A stretch of 64,000 bases of DNA from Candidatus Hydrothermarchaeota archaeon (GTDB taxonomy: Archaea; CAYFZR01), in assembly GCA_046760505.1 (NCBI GenBank), contig JBHIEG010000001.1:1-64000 (forward strand). Direction: 5' to 3'. The translations under genes were made by a program, and so were the position numbers. Below are positions 48,762 through 59,045 of the stretch, one piece after another. Position 1 is the stretch's first letter, and each line of letters opens with the position of its first letter. Under the pieces are notes generated by a model. That model did no database searches. It was not told the origin of the DNA and saw only the letters and a list, made by a program, of their open reading frames with translations.

Positions 48762-49370
48762 TCATAATTTACTTCTCTCTATCTTTTCTGCAAGATCGAC
48801 GCAGAAGTTGAGGGTATCTGTTATCCATCCCTGATCAAAATTCCATGCCTTTGTTTCAAGACTTATTTCCGAGGACGATACTTCTAACTTTACCAAATCT
48901 AATTCCAAGAGTTTTTGAATAGTTGATGAATCTAAGATTCTCTTTATTTCTTCCTTTAAGAAGGACTCCCTATCTAAGGAAATAAATCGAACAGTAAAGT
49001 TTTCATCGAAATATGGGTCTCCGATCTCGAATGAGCCCTTCAATCTCAAAAAATATCTTTTTTTGTTTATGGTGAATCCATTTGATATATTCCTGCTTAA
49101 CTTTACTGTGAAATTATTGTATTGCTCTACTATTCCTCTAAAACTGTACTGCGCATAACTTAATCTTACATCATGGTTCCTGTAATTTCCCCAAAGCCTT
49201 GGTTTTCCTCTAAGGATGCCGCTCTTGTAATTTAAATTCAATTTTGATGCTAAATCCATCAATATTTTTTCATATTTTTCTCCGAACTTATATACTGCGA
49301 GAAAAATCAACGAGAGAGTTATTCCACTTACTAAAATTATCTCCTTTGCTGTAGGTGCTCCTAACATCAA
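48762..49370 (-). CDS. Membrane-anchored hypothetical protein
   Basis: N-terminal TM segment; GDPYFDENF motif. Confidence 0.65.
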   Translation of the reverse strand: MMLGAPTAKEIILVSGITLSLIFLAVYKFGEKYEKILMDLASKLNLNYKSGILRGKPRLWGNYRNHDVRLSYAQYSFRGIVEQYNNFTVKLSRNISNGFTINKKRYFLRLKGSFEIGDPYFDENFTVRFISLDRESFLKEEIKRILDSSTIQKLLELDLVKLEVSSSEISLETKAWNFDQGWITDTLNFCVDLAEKIERSKL

Positions 49371-49519
49371 ACATCCCTACTCATATTATTTACTCATGTT
49401 ATATTACTCTGTAAACCATAACTCTCCTGAAGATATTATATCATTCTGTGAATATTGTATCATTTCATAGAGATTGGAAAATTAGAAAGAAATGGTTATC
49501 CCTATGATCTGCGAAAAAT

Positions 49520-50563
49520 TCACTGGTAATACAGTTTCCAGTAATCGTCGTTTCCAACTCTTTCTTCAATATTTACGTCGTAGAAATTTTCCAATGGCTC
49601 TAGAATTTCAGGATTTTTTTCTAAAACAGTTTTTACCGCATTTCTGACTATTTCCACGCCTTTTTTGGTCATTTTACCCAGCGGTCTTCTACAAACACCT
49701 GAGTCAATTCCCAGTCCAGCCATTAGAGTCTTGCATGGTAGAGGATTTCTAAATTTTTGAGGTACCTTCTCTCTTTTCCCTCTAACTGTAAATGTTTCTT
49801 CCGTTTTCACGGTAACTACGCCAAACAGAGGAGTTAGAGCCTCCTTTAATGATCTGGCTTTATCAAGATCTCCCTCAAGGATCGCTTCGCACATTTCCTG
49901 CATTGCTCTTGGCGCCACATTTGACATCACGCTAATTACTCCTGCTCCCTTGATCTCAGGATCTGTCATTATGGTATACGTTATATCATCGTCACCTGAC
50001 AGTATAGCAAAATCTTCCGGGACAAGGGTTCTGGTCCTTTTCATCCTATCTATATTTAAAGTTGCTTCCTTTACAGCGTTAACATTGTCGTATTCATCTG
50101 CCAAGATTGCAAGATCCTCGGGTAACAATTCGCATCCGGTGCGTCCAGGAATCACGTACGGAATGACCTCTAGGTCTGGAAACTTTTCCGCTACCAGTCC
50201 ATGATATTCTTTTCTCAATTCCATTGAGGATGGTCCATTGTAATAACAATCTACCAATAAGACAGCATCTGAGCCGACGTGTTGCGCATGTTTAGTACCT
50301 TCTAACGTTTCATTTGTATTATTACTCCCTGTTCCTGAAATATTCGTTGTTCTCTCCTTTGAAAATTCTATTGCCTTTTCAATCACCTCATTATGTTCAT
50401 CCCAGCTCATCGTGGGACTTTCTCCGGTCGTTCCCATAGCCAATATTCCAGATACATTATTTTCAATCTGGTATTCTATATTTTGTTGGAATCTTTCCCA
50501 ATCTATCGAAAAATCTGTTTTCAGGGGCGTTATAAGCGCCGTATAACATCCAGAAAACCCCAT
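49520..50563 (-). CDS. dapA: 4-hydroxy-tetrahydrodipicolinate synthase
   Basis: TALITP, GTTGESPT, GTGSNNT, YYN, Y.IPGRTG, VKEA, LSGDD, GVISVMSN. Confidence 0.88.
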   Translation of the reverse strand: MGFSGCYTALITPLKTDFSIDWERFQQNIEYQIENNVSGILAMGTTGESPTMSWDEHNEVIEKAIEFSKERTTNISGTGSNNTNETLEGTKHAQHVGSDAVLLVDCYYNGPSSMELRKEYHGLVAEKFPDLEVIPYVIPGRTGCELLPEDLAILADEYDNVNAVKEATLNIDRMKRTRTLVPEDFAILSGDDDITYTIMTDPEIKGAGVISVMSNVAPRAMQEMCEAILEGDLDKARSLKEALTPLFGVVTVKTEETFTVRGKREKVPQKFRNPLPCKTLMAGLGIDSGVCRRPLGKMTKKGVEIVRNAVKTVLEKNPEILEPLENFYDVNIEERVGNDDYWKLYYQ

Positions 50564-50658
50564 AAAACCACCTCGGATTTTAATCCAGCATTCTTTATTA
50601 TTAAACTTTTTGAGGGATTGGATGGTTTTTTAAAGGGAACAAGGTATCTCGGATAATC

Positions 50659-51621
50659 TTAAGCACCGATCAATTTCATTATCTCAGCGGCAATTCTCTT
50701 CGAATCATGCCTTATCAAGATTTTTTTGCTCATAACATCCGCTTCTACAACTTCTTTTATTCCTAGATCATGTATTTCTTGGACATTGTATTTTACCGGG
50801 TAGGCTTTTTCCTTGGCGTATTCTTTTAATACTTCATCTGGGGCTTTTCCTGAGTTGACTATGACTGAATCAATTACTCCTTTTCCTAAATATCTTTCAA
50901 TCGTTTTTATATGATCTGTAGCTGTATAATCGTTTGTTTCTCCGTATTTTGTCATGAGATTGCATACATAAATTTTCTTTGCCTTAGAAAGTCTTATTGC
51001 ATCTGAAACGCCTTCTACCAAAAGGTTTGGGACAATGCTTGTGTATAAATCTCCAGGTCCTATAACAATGGAATCCGCATTTTTTATGGCTTCCAAGGTG
51101 TCTTTGTATGCTCTTGCTTTAGGATCCAAGTAAACTTCTACGATTTTTAAATCTGGATTGTGTTTCGGTATATCTATATTTGCTTCGCCCCTGATTATAC
51201 TTCCATCTTCCAGTACGGCGCATAAATCAACTTTATCTAGGGTAACAGGAAGTACTCTCCCTCTAATCTTTAAGATTTTGCTTGTTTCTTTAATGGATTG
51301 TTCATCGCTCCCCGTGATATCGGTCAATGCTGTTAAGAATAAGTTGCCAAAGCTTCGACCTTCCAAAGACCCCTTCGAAAATCTGTACTGGAATAGCTTT
51401 TTCATAAGTTCTGTTTCCTCTGACAATGCCACCAAGCATCTTCTCAAATCTCCTGGAGGCAAAACTCCATATTCATCCCTTAATCTTCCTGTATCTCCTC
51501 CACTATCCATTGTCGTTACAACAGCGGTAATGCTACATAAACCCTCTTTTGCATACTCTTTTAATCCTTTTAGCACCGTATAACTTCCTGTTCCACCACC
51601 AATCACTACTATGTTTTTCAT
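50659..51621 (-). CDS. YvcK/GlmR (CofD-like, UPF0052) family protein
   Basis: IGGGTG, DSGGDTGRLR, PPGDLRRCL, GNL, GPGDLYTSIVPNL, NLMT..GET, RHD. Confidence 0.9.
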   Translation of the reverse strand: MKNIVVIGGGTGSYTVLKGLKEYAKEGLCSITAVVTTMDSGGDTGRLRDEYGVLPPGDLRRCLVALSEETELMKKLFQYRFSKGSLEGRSFGNLFLTALTDITGSDEQSIKETSKILKIRGRVLPVTLDKVDLCAVLEDGSIIRGEANIDIPKHNPDLKIVEVYLDPKARAYKDTLEAIKNADSIVIGPGDLYTSIVPNLLVEGVSDAIRLSKAKKIYVCNLMTKYGETNDYTATDHIKTIERYLGKGVIDSVIVNSGKAPDEVLKEYAKEKAYPVKYNVQEIHDLGIKEVVEADVMSKKILIRHDSKRIAAEIMKLIGA

Positions 51622-51752
51622 TTTTCCTCTATTCACTATTCATTTTCAGATTAATCAGATTTACGGTGAAAAATTCGTGTCCAAAAAATAGATATGTCAT
51701 TCACCACATTCAACTTGCGGGTGAACAATATCTAAAGATTGGGGGGTCAAAA

Positions 51753-53090
51753 ATGATCAAGCTCGCTGTTTTTTCAGATTCACATCTCGGAGCAGGTCTG
51801 ACTGACTTTAGTGAAAGAAGAAATGATATAGTAAAGGGTTTCAGAGTTTTTTCAGAAAAAATAGGAGAATCAAACCCAGATGGATTAATATTCACAGGTG
51901 ATCTATTCCATGAGGTTTATCCGAGAAAACCTTCTCACTTCAACTTCGCAATTCGGGAGTTTACATGGCTGGGGGAAAAACTCTCAGATAAATGCACGGT
52001 AACATCTGTACATGAGAATAAAAAAGTTCCCCCTCTTTTCATGATTCATGGAAATCACGATGGAACAAGAGATCCAGATAGCCCGGCAAAATACTCAAGT
52101 ATTCTCGAACTATTTGAGATTTTTCAAATTGCTAACTACACAGATCTTTATGTAACAGAAGAAATTACCGAACCCAAGATTTTTTTGATGGAAGATAAGG
52201 ATGTAAAATTAGGCATTCAGGGATTTGGATACAGACATCCCAATGTGGCCAGGAATCTGTTGAAAGAATTTACTCCAATGGATGATGTGGACTATAATTT
52301 ACTTCTGATGCATCAAACCATAGAGGGATTGCAAACACCTACAACGCCTATTCAAGGACTACTTCAAGAAGAAATCGTCGAACTAGGATTTGACGTAATA
52401 ATAGATGGACACATCCATAGGCCACTAGATCCTGTTCCTAAGATTCGAGATACCTTAATAATCCTCCCAGGTAGCACGGAAAGAATTGATTCAGGAGAAA
52501 TAGGTGAGAAGAAGGGTTATTTCATTTTAGAATTTGGTAAAAATGGAATAAACACGATATTCAAAGAAATAGATCTAGACTCTGAAGTTCGAAGACTACA
52601 TAGGATAAGGGTGAATATAGCAGATTTTGTTGGTAGAGAGATACTTGATGAAGCCATAAAAGAGGTCAAATCAAAGTTAAAAGATCCATTAAATGCGTAT
52701 GTAGTGATAGATTTACTGGGAAAAGTGAGAGAATCTGTTTCTCCAGAAATAAGATCCAGCATTGCTAATGCAGTAGAAAAGATGGGTGTTGCTCATGTGG
52801 TAATACGGGATAAGACTAAGGCGAAAACTTTGCCTTTGCTTAGTGTTGGGGAGTCTAAAACAATAGAGATAGGGGAAGACTTATTCAAAAAACTATTAGA
52901 AGAAAAACCACTTAAAACCAAGGATAAAAAGCCAATAAGAGATGAAGAAATCATAAAAAAACTAGCAGGCTTAACTTACAAAGTCTTTGAAGCCTCCAAA
53001 AGCGATAATGAGGAAGAAACGAAGAAACTCTTTACTGAAGATCTCAGAAAAATCGTGAAGGACCTAAAAGAAAGGGAGGAGCATTCATGA
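51753..53090 (+). CDS. mre11: Mre11/SbcD-family nuclease
   Basis: SDSHLG, TGDLFH, HGNHD, MHQ, DGHIH, PGSTER, KGY; start moved to ATG 51753. Confidence 0.88.
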   Translation: MIKLAVFSDSHLGAGLTDFSERRNDIVKGFRVFSEKIGESNPDGLIFTGDLFHEVYPRKPSHFNFAIREFTWLGEKLSDKCTVTSVHENKKVPPLFMIHGNHDGTRDPDSPAKYSSILELFEIFQIANYTDLYVTEEITEPKIFLMEDKDVKLGIQGFGYRHPNVARNLLKEFTPMDDVDYNLLLMHQTIEGLQTPTTPIQGLLQEEIVELGFDVIIDGHIHRPLDPVPKIRDTLIILPGSTERIDSGEIGEKKGYFILEFGKNGINTIFKEIDLDSEVRRLHRIRVNIADFVGREILDEAIKEVKSKLKDPLNAYVVIDLLGKVRESVSPEIRSSIANAVEKMGVAHVVIRDKTKAKTLPLLSVGESKTIEIGEDLFKKLLEEKPLKTKDKKPIRDEEIIKKLAGLTYKVFEASKSDNEEETKKLFTEDLRKIVKDLKEREEHS

Positions 53091-55321
53091 TCATCAAGGA
53101 GGTAAACGCAATAAATATAAAGACTCATACTGCAAACACTCCTCCTATAAAATTTCAAAGAGGGTTAAACGTTCTTTTAGGAAGAGTTGGCTCTGGGAAG
53201 AGTACCATCCTCGATTCCATCATGTTTGGATTGTACGGATGGAGGGGGATTAAATTTAAGAATCTAATTACGAAGGGTAAGTCTGATTTTAGAATAGAAA
53301 TAATATTTGAGCATGAGGGAAAAGATTACAGGGTTGTTAGAGGGGAAGAAGACTATCTCGAGCTTTTGGATAACGGTTATCGGATTGCAAGCGGACACAG
53401 GAAAGTTACCGAGGAAATAGAGAGAATCGTTGGTATTTCCAGAGATCAGTTCCAAAATCTTTTTTACGCGACTCAGGGGGAGATAGCAAGACTGATAACA
53501 GGCTCTCCTGAAGAGAGACAGAAGATAATAGACCGTTTGTTGGGATTGGAGTCTTTGAGAGAAGCATATGATTGGTTAAAAGAGCCAGCGAAAGCCAATC
53601 AGGATGATTTAAATAAATTAAAGGAGGAAATTGCCAGACTTGATGGAAGGCTCCAAGGTAGATCGCTTGAACAACTAGAAGAGGAGAAAAGAGAAAAAGA
53701 GAAATTGGTAGAAGATTTTGCCTCCCAAATCGAGGAACTGGAGGATAAAATAAAGAAAATAGAAGAATCTTTATCGAGTATCAAAGAGAAGGTAAAAGAA
53801 TGCGAAGAGTTTAAAGAGGAAATAGAAAAACTAAACAAGAAAATAGAGCAAATAAACATAGAAATTAACGTTTTAAGAGAAGAACTATCAAGATTGGATC
53901 CTGCTAGCATTAAGAAAGAAATTGAACACCTAAAAAATGATTTGGAAAAACTAGAAGGTAAGATAGAAAGGTTAAGCGATGAGGAAAAATTTTTGATCCG
54001 TGAGAGAGATCACAGTATAGTGGTTCTTGAGGGTTCTTTTTCCCAAATAAAAGAAGAACTAGATACCGAAATTAAAAATATTCGGGAAGAATATGAATAT
54101 ATGAAGGGTCAAATGGATGAAAAGAGAGGTGAGGCAAAAAAAATAGTAAAGCAGAAAAAAGAGCTAGAAAAATTAGAGGCTGGTCCAGATGCTCTTTGTC
54201 CTTTGTGCAGAAGGCCCCTCACCGAAGAACACAAGAAAAAAGTCATAGAAGAACTAGAACTAGAATTGGACAAACTAAAAGCAAAGATCAATGTTTTTGA
54301 GGAAGAAGTTAAGGAAAAAAGCAATATTTTAAAAGAAAAAGAGAATACAAAGAAAGAAAGGGAAGAATCGATTAGGAAAGAGATTAAGGAGAAATACGAT
54401 GAATATGAAGCTAAACTAAATTCTGTGAGAGAGGATTTGAGAAAACTCAGAGATCTGTATTCCAGCAAAAAGACGAGAAAAGATGAGCTAGAAAAAAAGT
54501 TAGAAGAGACTACAGCACGCAAACAAGAATATGTTAGTAAAATAAAGGAATATGAACTTGAAAAAAATCATATCTCACTAGAACTTAATGGAGTGATAAG
54601 AGATTCAATAAGTAGACTTGGAATTGAAGGACTCAGTCCCATCGAAGAGTTGACTCAACTAAAACAGAATTTTGAAGAGGAAAGATCTAAACTAACCTCC
54701 GATAAAGAAAACTTGAGTGTACTCAAAACAAAAATAGAAAGCGATCTCAAGGTATTGAACAGGGAGATCGAAGAACTAAAGAGTTTAATCGAGGATGCAA
54801 AGGCAAAAGAAGAGAAGAAAAAAGATTTAGATGTAGTTGAAGAAGCCAACCATTTAGCAGGGGATATAAGAGAAAAATTTAAGGAAGCAAGAGAACTCAT
54901 CCGTGTAGAAAGCCTTAAAGTCCTTCAAGCACAACTTGAAGACCTTTTCTTGGGAGACAACAGACTATACGTTCATGGAGATTTTCATAAGGTAAATCTC
55001 AAAGAAAACTATGAAATAACTGTAGAGAATCCCTACGGGGAGATTTCCATAGATACTTTATCAGGAGGTCAAAAAGCCATTGTCAGTCTAGCATTTAGAT
55101 TTGCGGTCGCGAAAGCTCTTGCAAAAAACTTCGAGACTTGGCTGGTGGACGAGCCTACAGAAAGTCTGGGAGACGAAGACGTAGACCAATTGGCTAACGT
55201 TTTGGCTTATATACAAGAGATTCCTCAGATCATAGTGGCTACACATCATCCTGAACTGGCAAGAAACGCTCACGCAATAAGAGTTTATATCGAAAATGGC
55301 GAGACTAAGATCGAGTATTGA
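53087..55321 (+). CDS. rad50: Rad50/SbcC SMC-like ATPase
   Basis: GRVGSGKST, Q-loop TQGE, coiled coils with a central CPLC hook, LSGGQ, VDEPT, ATH; ATGA overlap with mre11. Confidence 0.9.
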   Translation: MIIKEVNAINIKTHTANTPPIKFQRGLNVLLGRVGSGKSTILDSIMFGLYGWRGIKFKNLITKGKSDFRIEIIFEHEGKDYRVVRGEEDYLELLDNGYRIASGHRKVTEEIERIVGISRDQFQNLFYATQGEIARLITGSPEERQKIIDRLLGLESLREAYDWLKEPAKANQDDLNKLKEEIARLDGRLQGRSLEQLEEEKREKEKLVEDFASQIEELEDKIKKIEESLSSIKEKVKECEEFKEEIEKLNKKIEQINIEINVLREELSRLDPASIKKEIEHLKNDLEKLEGKIERLSDEEKFLIRERDHSIVVLEGSFSQIKEELDTEIKNIREEYEYMKGQMDEKRGEAKKIVKQKKELEKLEAGPDALCPLCRRPLTEEHKKKVIEELELELDKLKAKINVFEEEVKEKSNILKEKENTKKEREESIRKEIKEKYDEYEAKLNSVREDLRKLRDLYSSKKTRKDELEKKLEETTARKQEYVSKIKEYELEKNHISLELNGVIRDSISRLGIEGLSPIEELTQLKQNFEEERSKLTSDKENLSVLKTKIESDLKVLNREIEELKSLIEDAKAKEEKKKDLDVVEEANHLAGDIREKFKEARELIRVESLKVLQAQLEDLFLGDNRLYVHGDFHKVNLKENYEITVENPYGEISIDTLSGGQKAIVSLAFRFAVAKALAKNFETWLVDEPTESLGDEDVDQLANVLAYIQEIPQIIVATHHPELARNAHAIRVYIENGETKIEY

Positions 55322-58300
55322 ATTTGATTTTTTTAGATACGTCTCTAGGTTTAATAACTTCCCCCCTTTGCTTCGATACTGTTTTCACACTTATGTAGGT
55401 CCCCAGTCTCTTAGCCTCATTTATGTATCCCAAAAGCGCGTTTTTGGCGCCTATTTGATCTCCTACTTTTTCCAGGGTAGTGGAGTCCCCTATAACAATT
55501 AATTTCTTCTTGCACCTAGACATTGCCACATTCAATCTTCTTAAATCTCCTAAGAAACCTATTTCACCCTCGTCGTTACTACGAACAAGAGAGAGAAGCA
55601 CTATATCGTGTTCTCTTCCTTGGTAAGAATCTATGGTTCCTGATCTTATTTCCCTCTTTAAGTAGGTTTTTATCCAGTTATTCTGCCTTTGATACGGTGT
55701 TAAGAGCAATATATCATCGGTTGCATGTCTTAATAAATCTATGATAGAGGCTGCGATTACAGCCTCTAGAGGGTTGGATTTGCTATAATCACCTGATTCT
55801 CGACAAGAACCTAAAGTATCGATGAAAATTAAGGTATTTTTAGGATCAGAACATAATTTCAAGATTTTTGGTGTTATTTCAGCCTTTAAATCCATTTCTT
55901 TCAGGATTTCGTTGTACTTGCTTGCTATTCCTTCAAGATCTATGTTCAAAATCTCTTTGTGATGGTGGTTTTCTTTTGGTCCTGGATCGTTTTTTAACTT
56001 CGAATCGTAAAAATATTTTGAGAGATATTCTCCAACTTCATGGGGACATCTGTACTGAACGTCTAACATTCTGTAGGGGTGGTATGATTTTTTCTTTTCC
56101 AAGTGTTCAATTACCTGATCAAACCAAGATCTCATAAGCCTCTTAGCATCTTTATCCTCCAAAACAGGCTCCAATTGTTTATGATCTCCAATTAAAATCC
56201 ACTTTTTAGCAAAAATTCCAGGTATTATGGCTGTTGGTAAAATACATTGGGTGGCTTCATCTAAGAAGAGAACATCAAAAGGTTGTTGAGAGAAGTGAGG
56301 ATAATCTTTTTCATGAGGGAACTCTGCAAAGGCAGAGTAAAATGCGTCGCTGAAGGCTGATACAATTGTGACTCCCACAAGATCTGCTTCTTTCAGTTTT
56401 TTTATTTCTTCCAGATTTTCTTCTAAGGTGTCTATTATTTCTACTCCTTTTAGGTGTCTTACTGCTTCCGGTTTTCCAACCCTGACTATTCTAGCACTGA
56501 TTTTTTTCTCATTCATCAGTTCAACTATCTTCTCTAGCGCATTATCAACCGCATTGTTGGTAAAAGAGGCAATTAAGACTTTTTTACCTTTTTTTAAAAG
56601 TTCTAGTGAGGCATAGGCGATTACAGTTGTTTTTCCTGAGCCAAAAGGACCATGAACGACTCCGTACTCTGATTCCATCATAAATCCCACTGCCTGCTCT
56701 TGACTTGGATTTAAACCAATTTTTGTATCTTTTTTTATGGAAATAGCCTTTGAAGGGTTTTTCAATAACTCTTTAAACCTCAAAAAGTGATTTCTTGTTT
56801 CTTCGTTGATCGAAAACAATTCTGGTGCCTCGAGGATGGAGAGCGCAAACTTAGATCTCCTTGAAAGATCTATGAATGAGCCATCGATTCTAAGATTTTT
56901 CCTGTTGGTAATAACAGGAGATGGCTTTTCTAGGAAGCGAACTCTAATCGAATAGGGTTTTATATCCTCGATTAGAGCACTGCACCAACCATGACGTGGA
57001 TTGAATCCTGAAATACGAATGTAAGCTCCATTGAAGAAATAAGGTGTTCTTTTCGTGGGTTTGTCTGATTTTAAAATACCTAGATCATGATGTACTGACT
57101 CTAAATATAAATTCGAGAGGGTAGTACCCTGAAATTCTAGCTCAGCTAAGGGTAATTCGCCCAGATTAATCAACCTTTTGAGCTGAGTCTCTTGTTCGAA
57201 ATCGATTCCGTTGCGCATTTTAGAAAATTCTTTTTCAAGAGTAAGACGGTTCATGTTGGAGCAAATAACCTCTTTCTGACATTCTTCGCATTTTTTGCTC
57301 TCTGGTTCATAAACGTTTATCGGAGGATTGTTAGCGGTTGACCAGTAAATGTATTCATCCCTGTTCCACAATAATTTCTTTAAGAAAATCTCTTTTTCTT
57401 CTTCTTTTACGGTATATTTCTCTATAAGGCTTCCATCTCTCAAATCAAATGCAAACAAATGAGCTTGGGACTCAGTTAAACCTATAGCATCTTCCATCAA
57501 AACTCTGTAGGCGTTCGCCTGTGTACTTCCCCTGAATACAGCTGGGCTTAGAAAATCCTTGTAATTTTCAACATTTTCCGTAAACTTCTGTTCTACGACT
57601 CTCCCTGTTTTTTTCTTACCTTTGTACTTTACGGCTATTGCATCCGCCCTTCCTATGAACCCAAATCTTGGGCTCATCAACGAATACTCTGACCAGGTAT
57701 AGGATTCCGGATCTCCTTCTGATATCCAGCAAAAAAGATCGTATGCTGTATCTGCATAACTATTTAATCGTGTTAGTGCATTTTTTATTAATTCTTTCGT
57801 TTTGATCCTTTGAGAATGCCTTTCTATCTCTGCATTGGCTTTCTTTAATCCTACATCTATGGCTTCTTCGATATTTTTTCCAGATTTAAATTCTTCCCAT
57901 GTAGCATTCCAGAATTCTTGAAAAATCATGTGGTTAATTCTACCAAGAATCTGCTTTTCTGTAGGCTTAAATTGGATTCCAAATCTTTGGGTTAAAAATA
58001 TTTCCATTGGACAAAAAAACAGAGCAGAATCAACGTTAACCAATCTGTCTAGGGCAATGGTAATCGGAGGACCGTTTCTCCAGAATCCATATCTGTCTTT
58101 GCGAGGTATTTGCCATTTGAACCATTCGTTAGGCTCTGGGGTCCTATGAAACAATAATCTCGTTCCGATGCGTAGTATCTTTCGATCATAGAATTCAATG
58201 AGACTCGGATAGGTTCCATCATAATCATCTGGTTGTGAAAAAAATACGGGAATTTTATCCTTGTTCTCAAGTTCAAGAAGAACTCTGATGTAAGGGTTTC

Positions 58301-58358
58301 CGTTTCTATCTACTTCTCTAACGGCTTGTAGGATAGTTCCTATGATGCCAAAAACCAT
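55305..58358 (-). CDS. Dna2-like Fe-S nuclease / SF1 (UPF1-like) helicase
   Basis: FCP, GRINH..FQ, SEYSLMSPRFGFIGRAD, EQK, QANAY, CEECQKEVIC; helicase GPFGSGKTT, SFTNNAVDN, DEATQ, GDHKQL, QYR, TIDSYQGRE, RRLNVAMSR. Confidence 0.88.
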   Translation of the reverse strand: MVFGIIGTILQAVREVDRNGNPYIRVLLELENKDKIPVFFSQPDDYDGTYPSLIEFYDRKILRIGTRLLFHRTPEPNEWFKWQIPRKDRYGFWRNGPPITIALDRLVNVDSALFFCPMEIFLTQRFGIQFKPTEKQILGRINHMIFQEFWNATWEEFKSGKNIEEAIDVGLKKANAEIERHSQRIKTKELIKNALTRLNSYADTAYDLFCWISEGDPESYTWSEYSLMSPRFGFIGRADAIAVKYKGKKKTGRVVEQKFTENVENYKDFLSPAVFRGSTQANAYRVLMEDAIGLTESQAHLFAFDLRDGSLIEKYTVKEEEKEIFLKKLLWNRDEYIYWSTANNPPINVYEPESKKCEECQKEVICSNMNRLTLEKEFSKMRNGIDFEQETQLKRLINLGELPLAELEFQGTTLSNLYLESVHHDLGILKSDKPTKRTPYFFNGAYIRISGFNPRHGWCSALIEDIKPYSIRVRFLEKPSPVITNRKNLRIDGSFIDLSRRSKFALSILEAPELFSINEETRNHFLRFKELLKNPSKAISIKKDTKIGLNPSQEQAVGFMMESEYGVVHGPFGSGKTTVIAYASLELLKKGKKVLIASFTNNAVDNALEKIVELMNEKKISARIVRVGKPEAVRHLKGVEIIDTLEENLEEIKKLKEADLVGVTIVSAFSDAFYSAFAEFPHEKDYPHFSQQPFDVLFLDEATQCILPTAIIPGIFAKKWILIGDHKQLEPVLEDKDAKRLMRSWFDQVIEHLEKKKSYHPYRMLDVQYRCPHEVGEYLSKYFYDSKLKNDPGPKENHHHKEILNIDLEGIASKYNEILKEMDLKAEITPKILKLCSDPKNTLIFIDTLGSCRESGDYSKSNPLEAVIAASIIDLLRHATDDILLLTPYQRQNNWIKTYLKREIRSGTIDSYQGREHDIVLLSLVRSNDEGEIGFLGDLRRLNVAMSRCKKKLIVIGDSTTLEKVGDQIGAKNALLGYINEAKRLGTYISVKTVSKQRGEVIKPRDVSKKIKFNTRS

Positions 58359-58475
58359 GAAAAGCCCCTAACCTTTTTTAGAAAAATGCCTTATTAATGT
58401 TGGGATCGTATCTTTCAATACCTACCTTATACCAATATTATACAATATTTGTGCTATAAAATGCCCATCTTGACT

Positions 58476-58736
58476 TTATTTTATAATTTTTCCGGTTCTC
58501 GGATCGATCCAGAAATAATGATATTTAATTGGTTCTCTTGGCGGTGGTAGGTCGGAATTCCATTTATCAGATTTTGCCTTGAAAACGCGATCTAGGGTGA
58601 AAAATTCGTGTTCCCATATTCTTAACTTACTTCGCTCCTCCTCGCTTAAACAAAAGACCCTTATTTTCTTACCCTTGGGTAACCTTGATAAGTCGATATC
58701 GTGTTTATACCCGCACTCAGGGCATTCTATAATCAT
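58476..58736 (-). CDS. Small Zn-ribbon-like hypothetical protein
   Basis: MIIECPECG; AGGTGA RBS. Confidence 0.65.
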   Translation of the reverse strand: MIIECPECGYKHDIDLSRLPKGKKIRVFCLSEEERSKLRIWEHEFFTLDRVFKAKSDKWNSDLPPPREPIKYHYFWIDPRTGKIIK

Positions 58737-58768
58737 GGTATCACCTTCTCTTAGATTTTAAAAACGCT

Positions 58769-59041
58769 TTAGTAAATCAGAGCGTATTTGTGAGTTAAAA
58801 ACGTCGAAATTATCGTTATCATGGTGGTTAGGGCAAAGGATACATGAATCCTTCTGATTATCCTTTCATTTGATATCAGGAGAGAAAAACCTGAAATCGA
58901 AAGCACGGAAAATCCAACCAGACTAAGATAGGCAAAGAGATGATGCCAGTCTACTGGCCTAGGCTTTTGATAGTAGAGTGCCCAGATGAAGAGAATACTT
59001 ATTAAATAAGTTAGAACAGTAATTGCAAGGGTTTTCTTCAT
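58769..59041 (-). CDS. Small membrane protein
   Basis: Three TM segments with His residues (WHH, RIH). Confidence 0.65.
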   Translation of the reverse strand: MKKTLAITVLTYLISILFIWALYYQKPRPVDWHHLFAYLSLVGFSVLSISGFSLLISNERIIRRIHVSFALTTMITIISTFLTHKYALIY

Positions 59042-59045
59042 ATCA

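Noticed and set aside
47399-49370. Radical SAM/SPASM gene as a RiPP maturase cluster
   Set aside because: No precursor peptide, PqqD/RRE domain or transporter identifiable nearby
51700-51725. TTCACC...GGTGAA inverted repeat upstream of mre11
   Set aside because: Only 6-bp arms; cannot be distinguished from chance
51549-51752. N-terminal extension of the 513-aa Mre11 ORF
   Set aside because: Overlaps the divergent YvcK gene; motif I begins right after ATG 51753
53599-54900. Ser/Phe/Leu-rich minus-strand ORFs (and similar ones across the window)
   Set aside because: Antisense shadows of Glu/Lys-rich coding sequence
55305-58358. Cas4 / CRISPR-associated interpretation of the nuclease domain
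   Set aside because: No CRISPR array or other cas genes in the window; the helicase fusion and motif order fit Dna2 better
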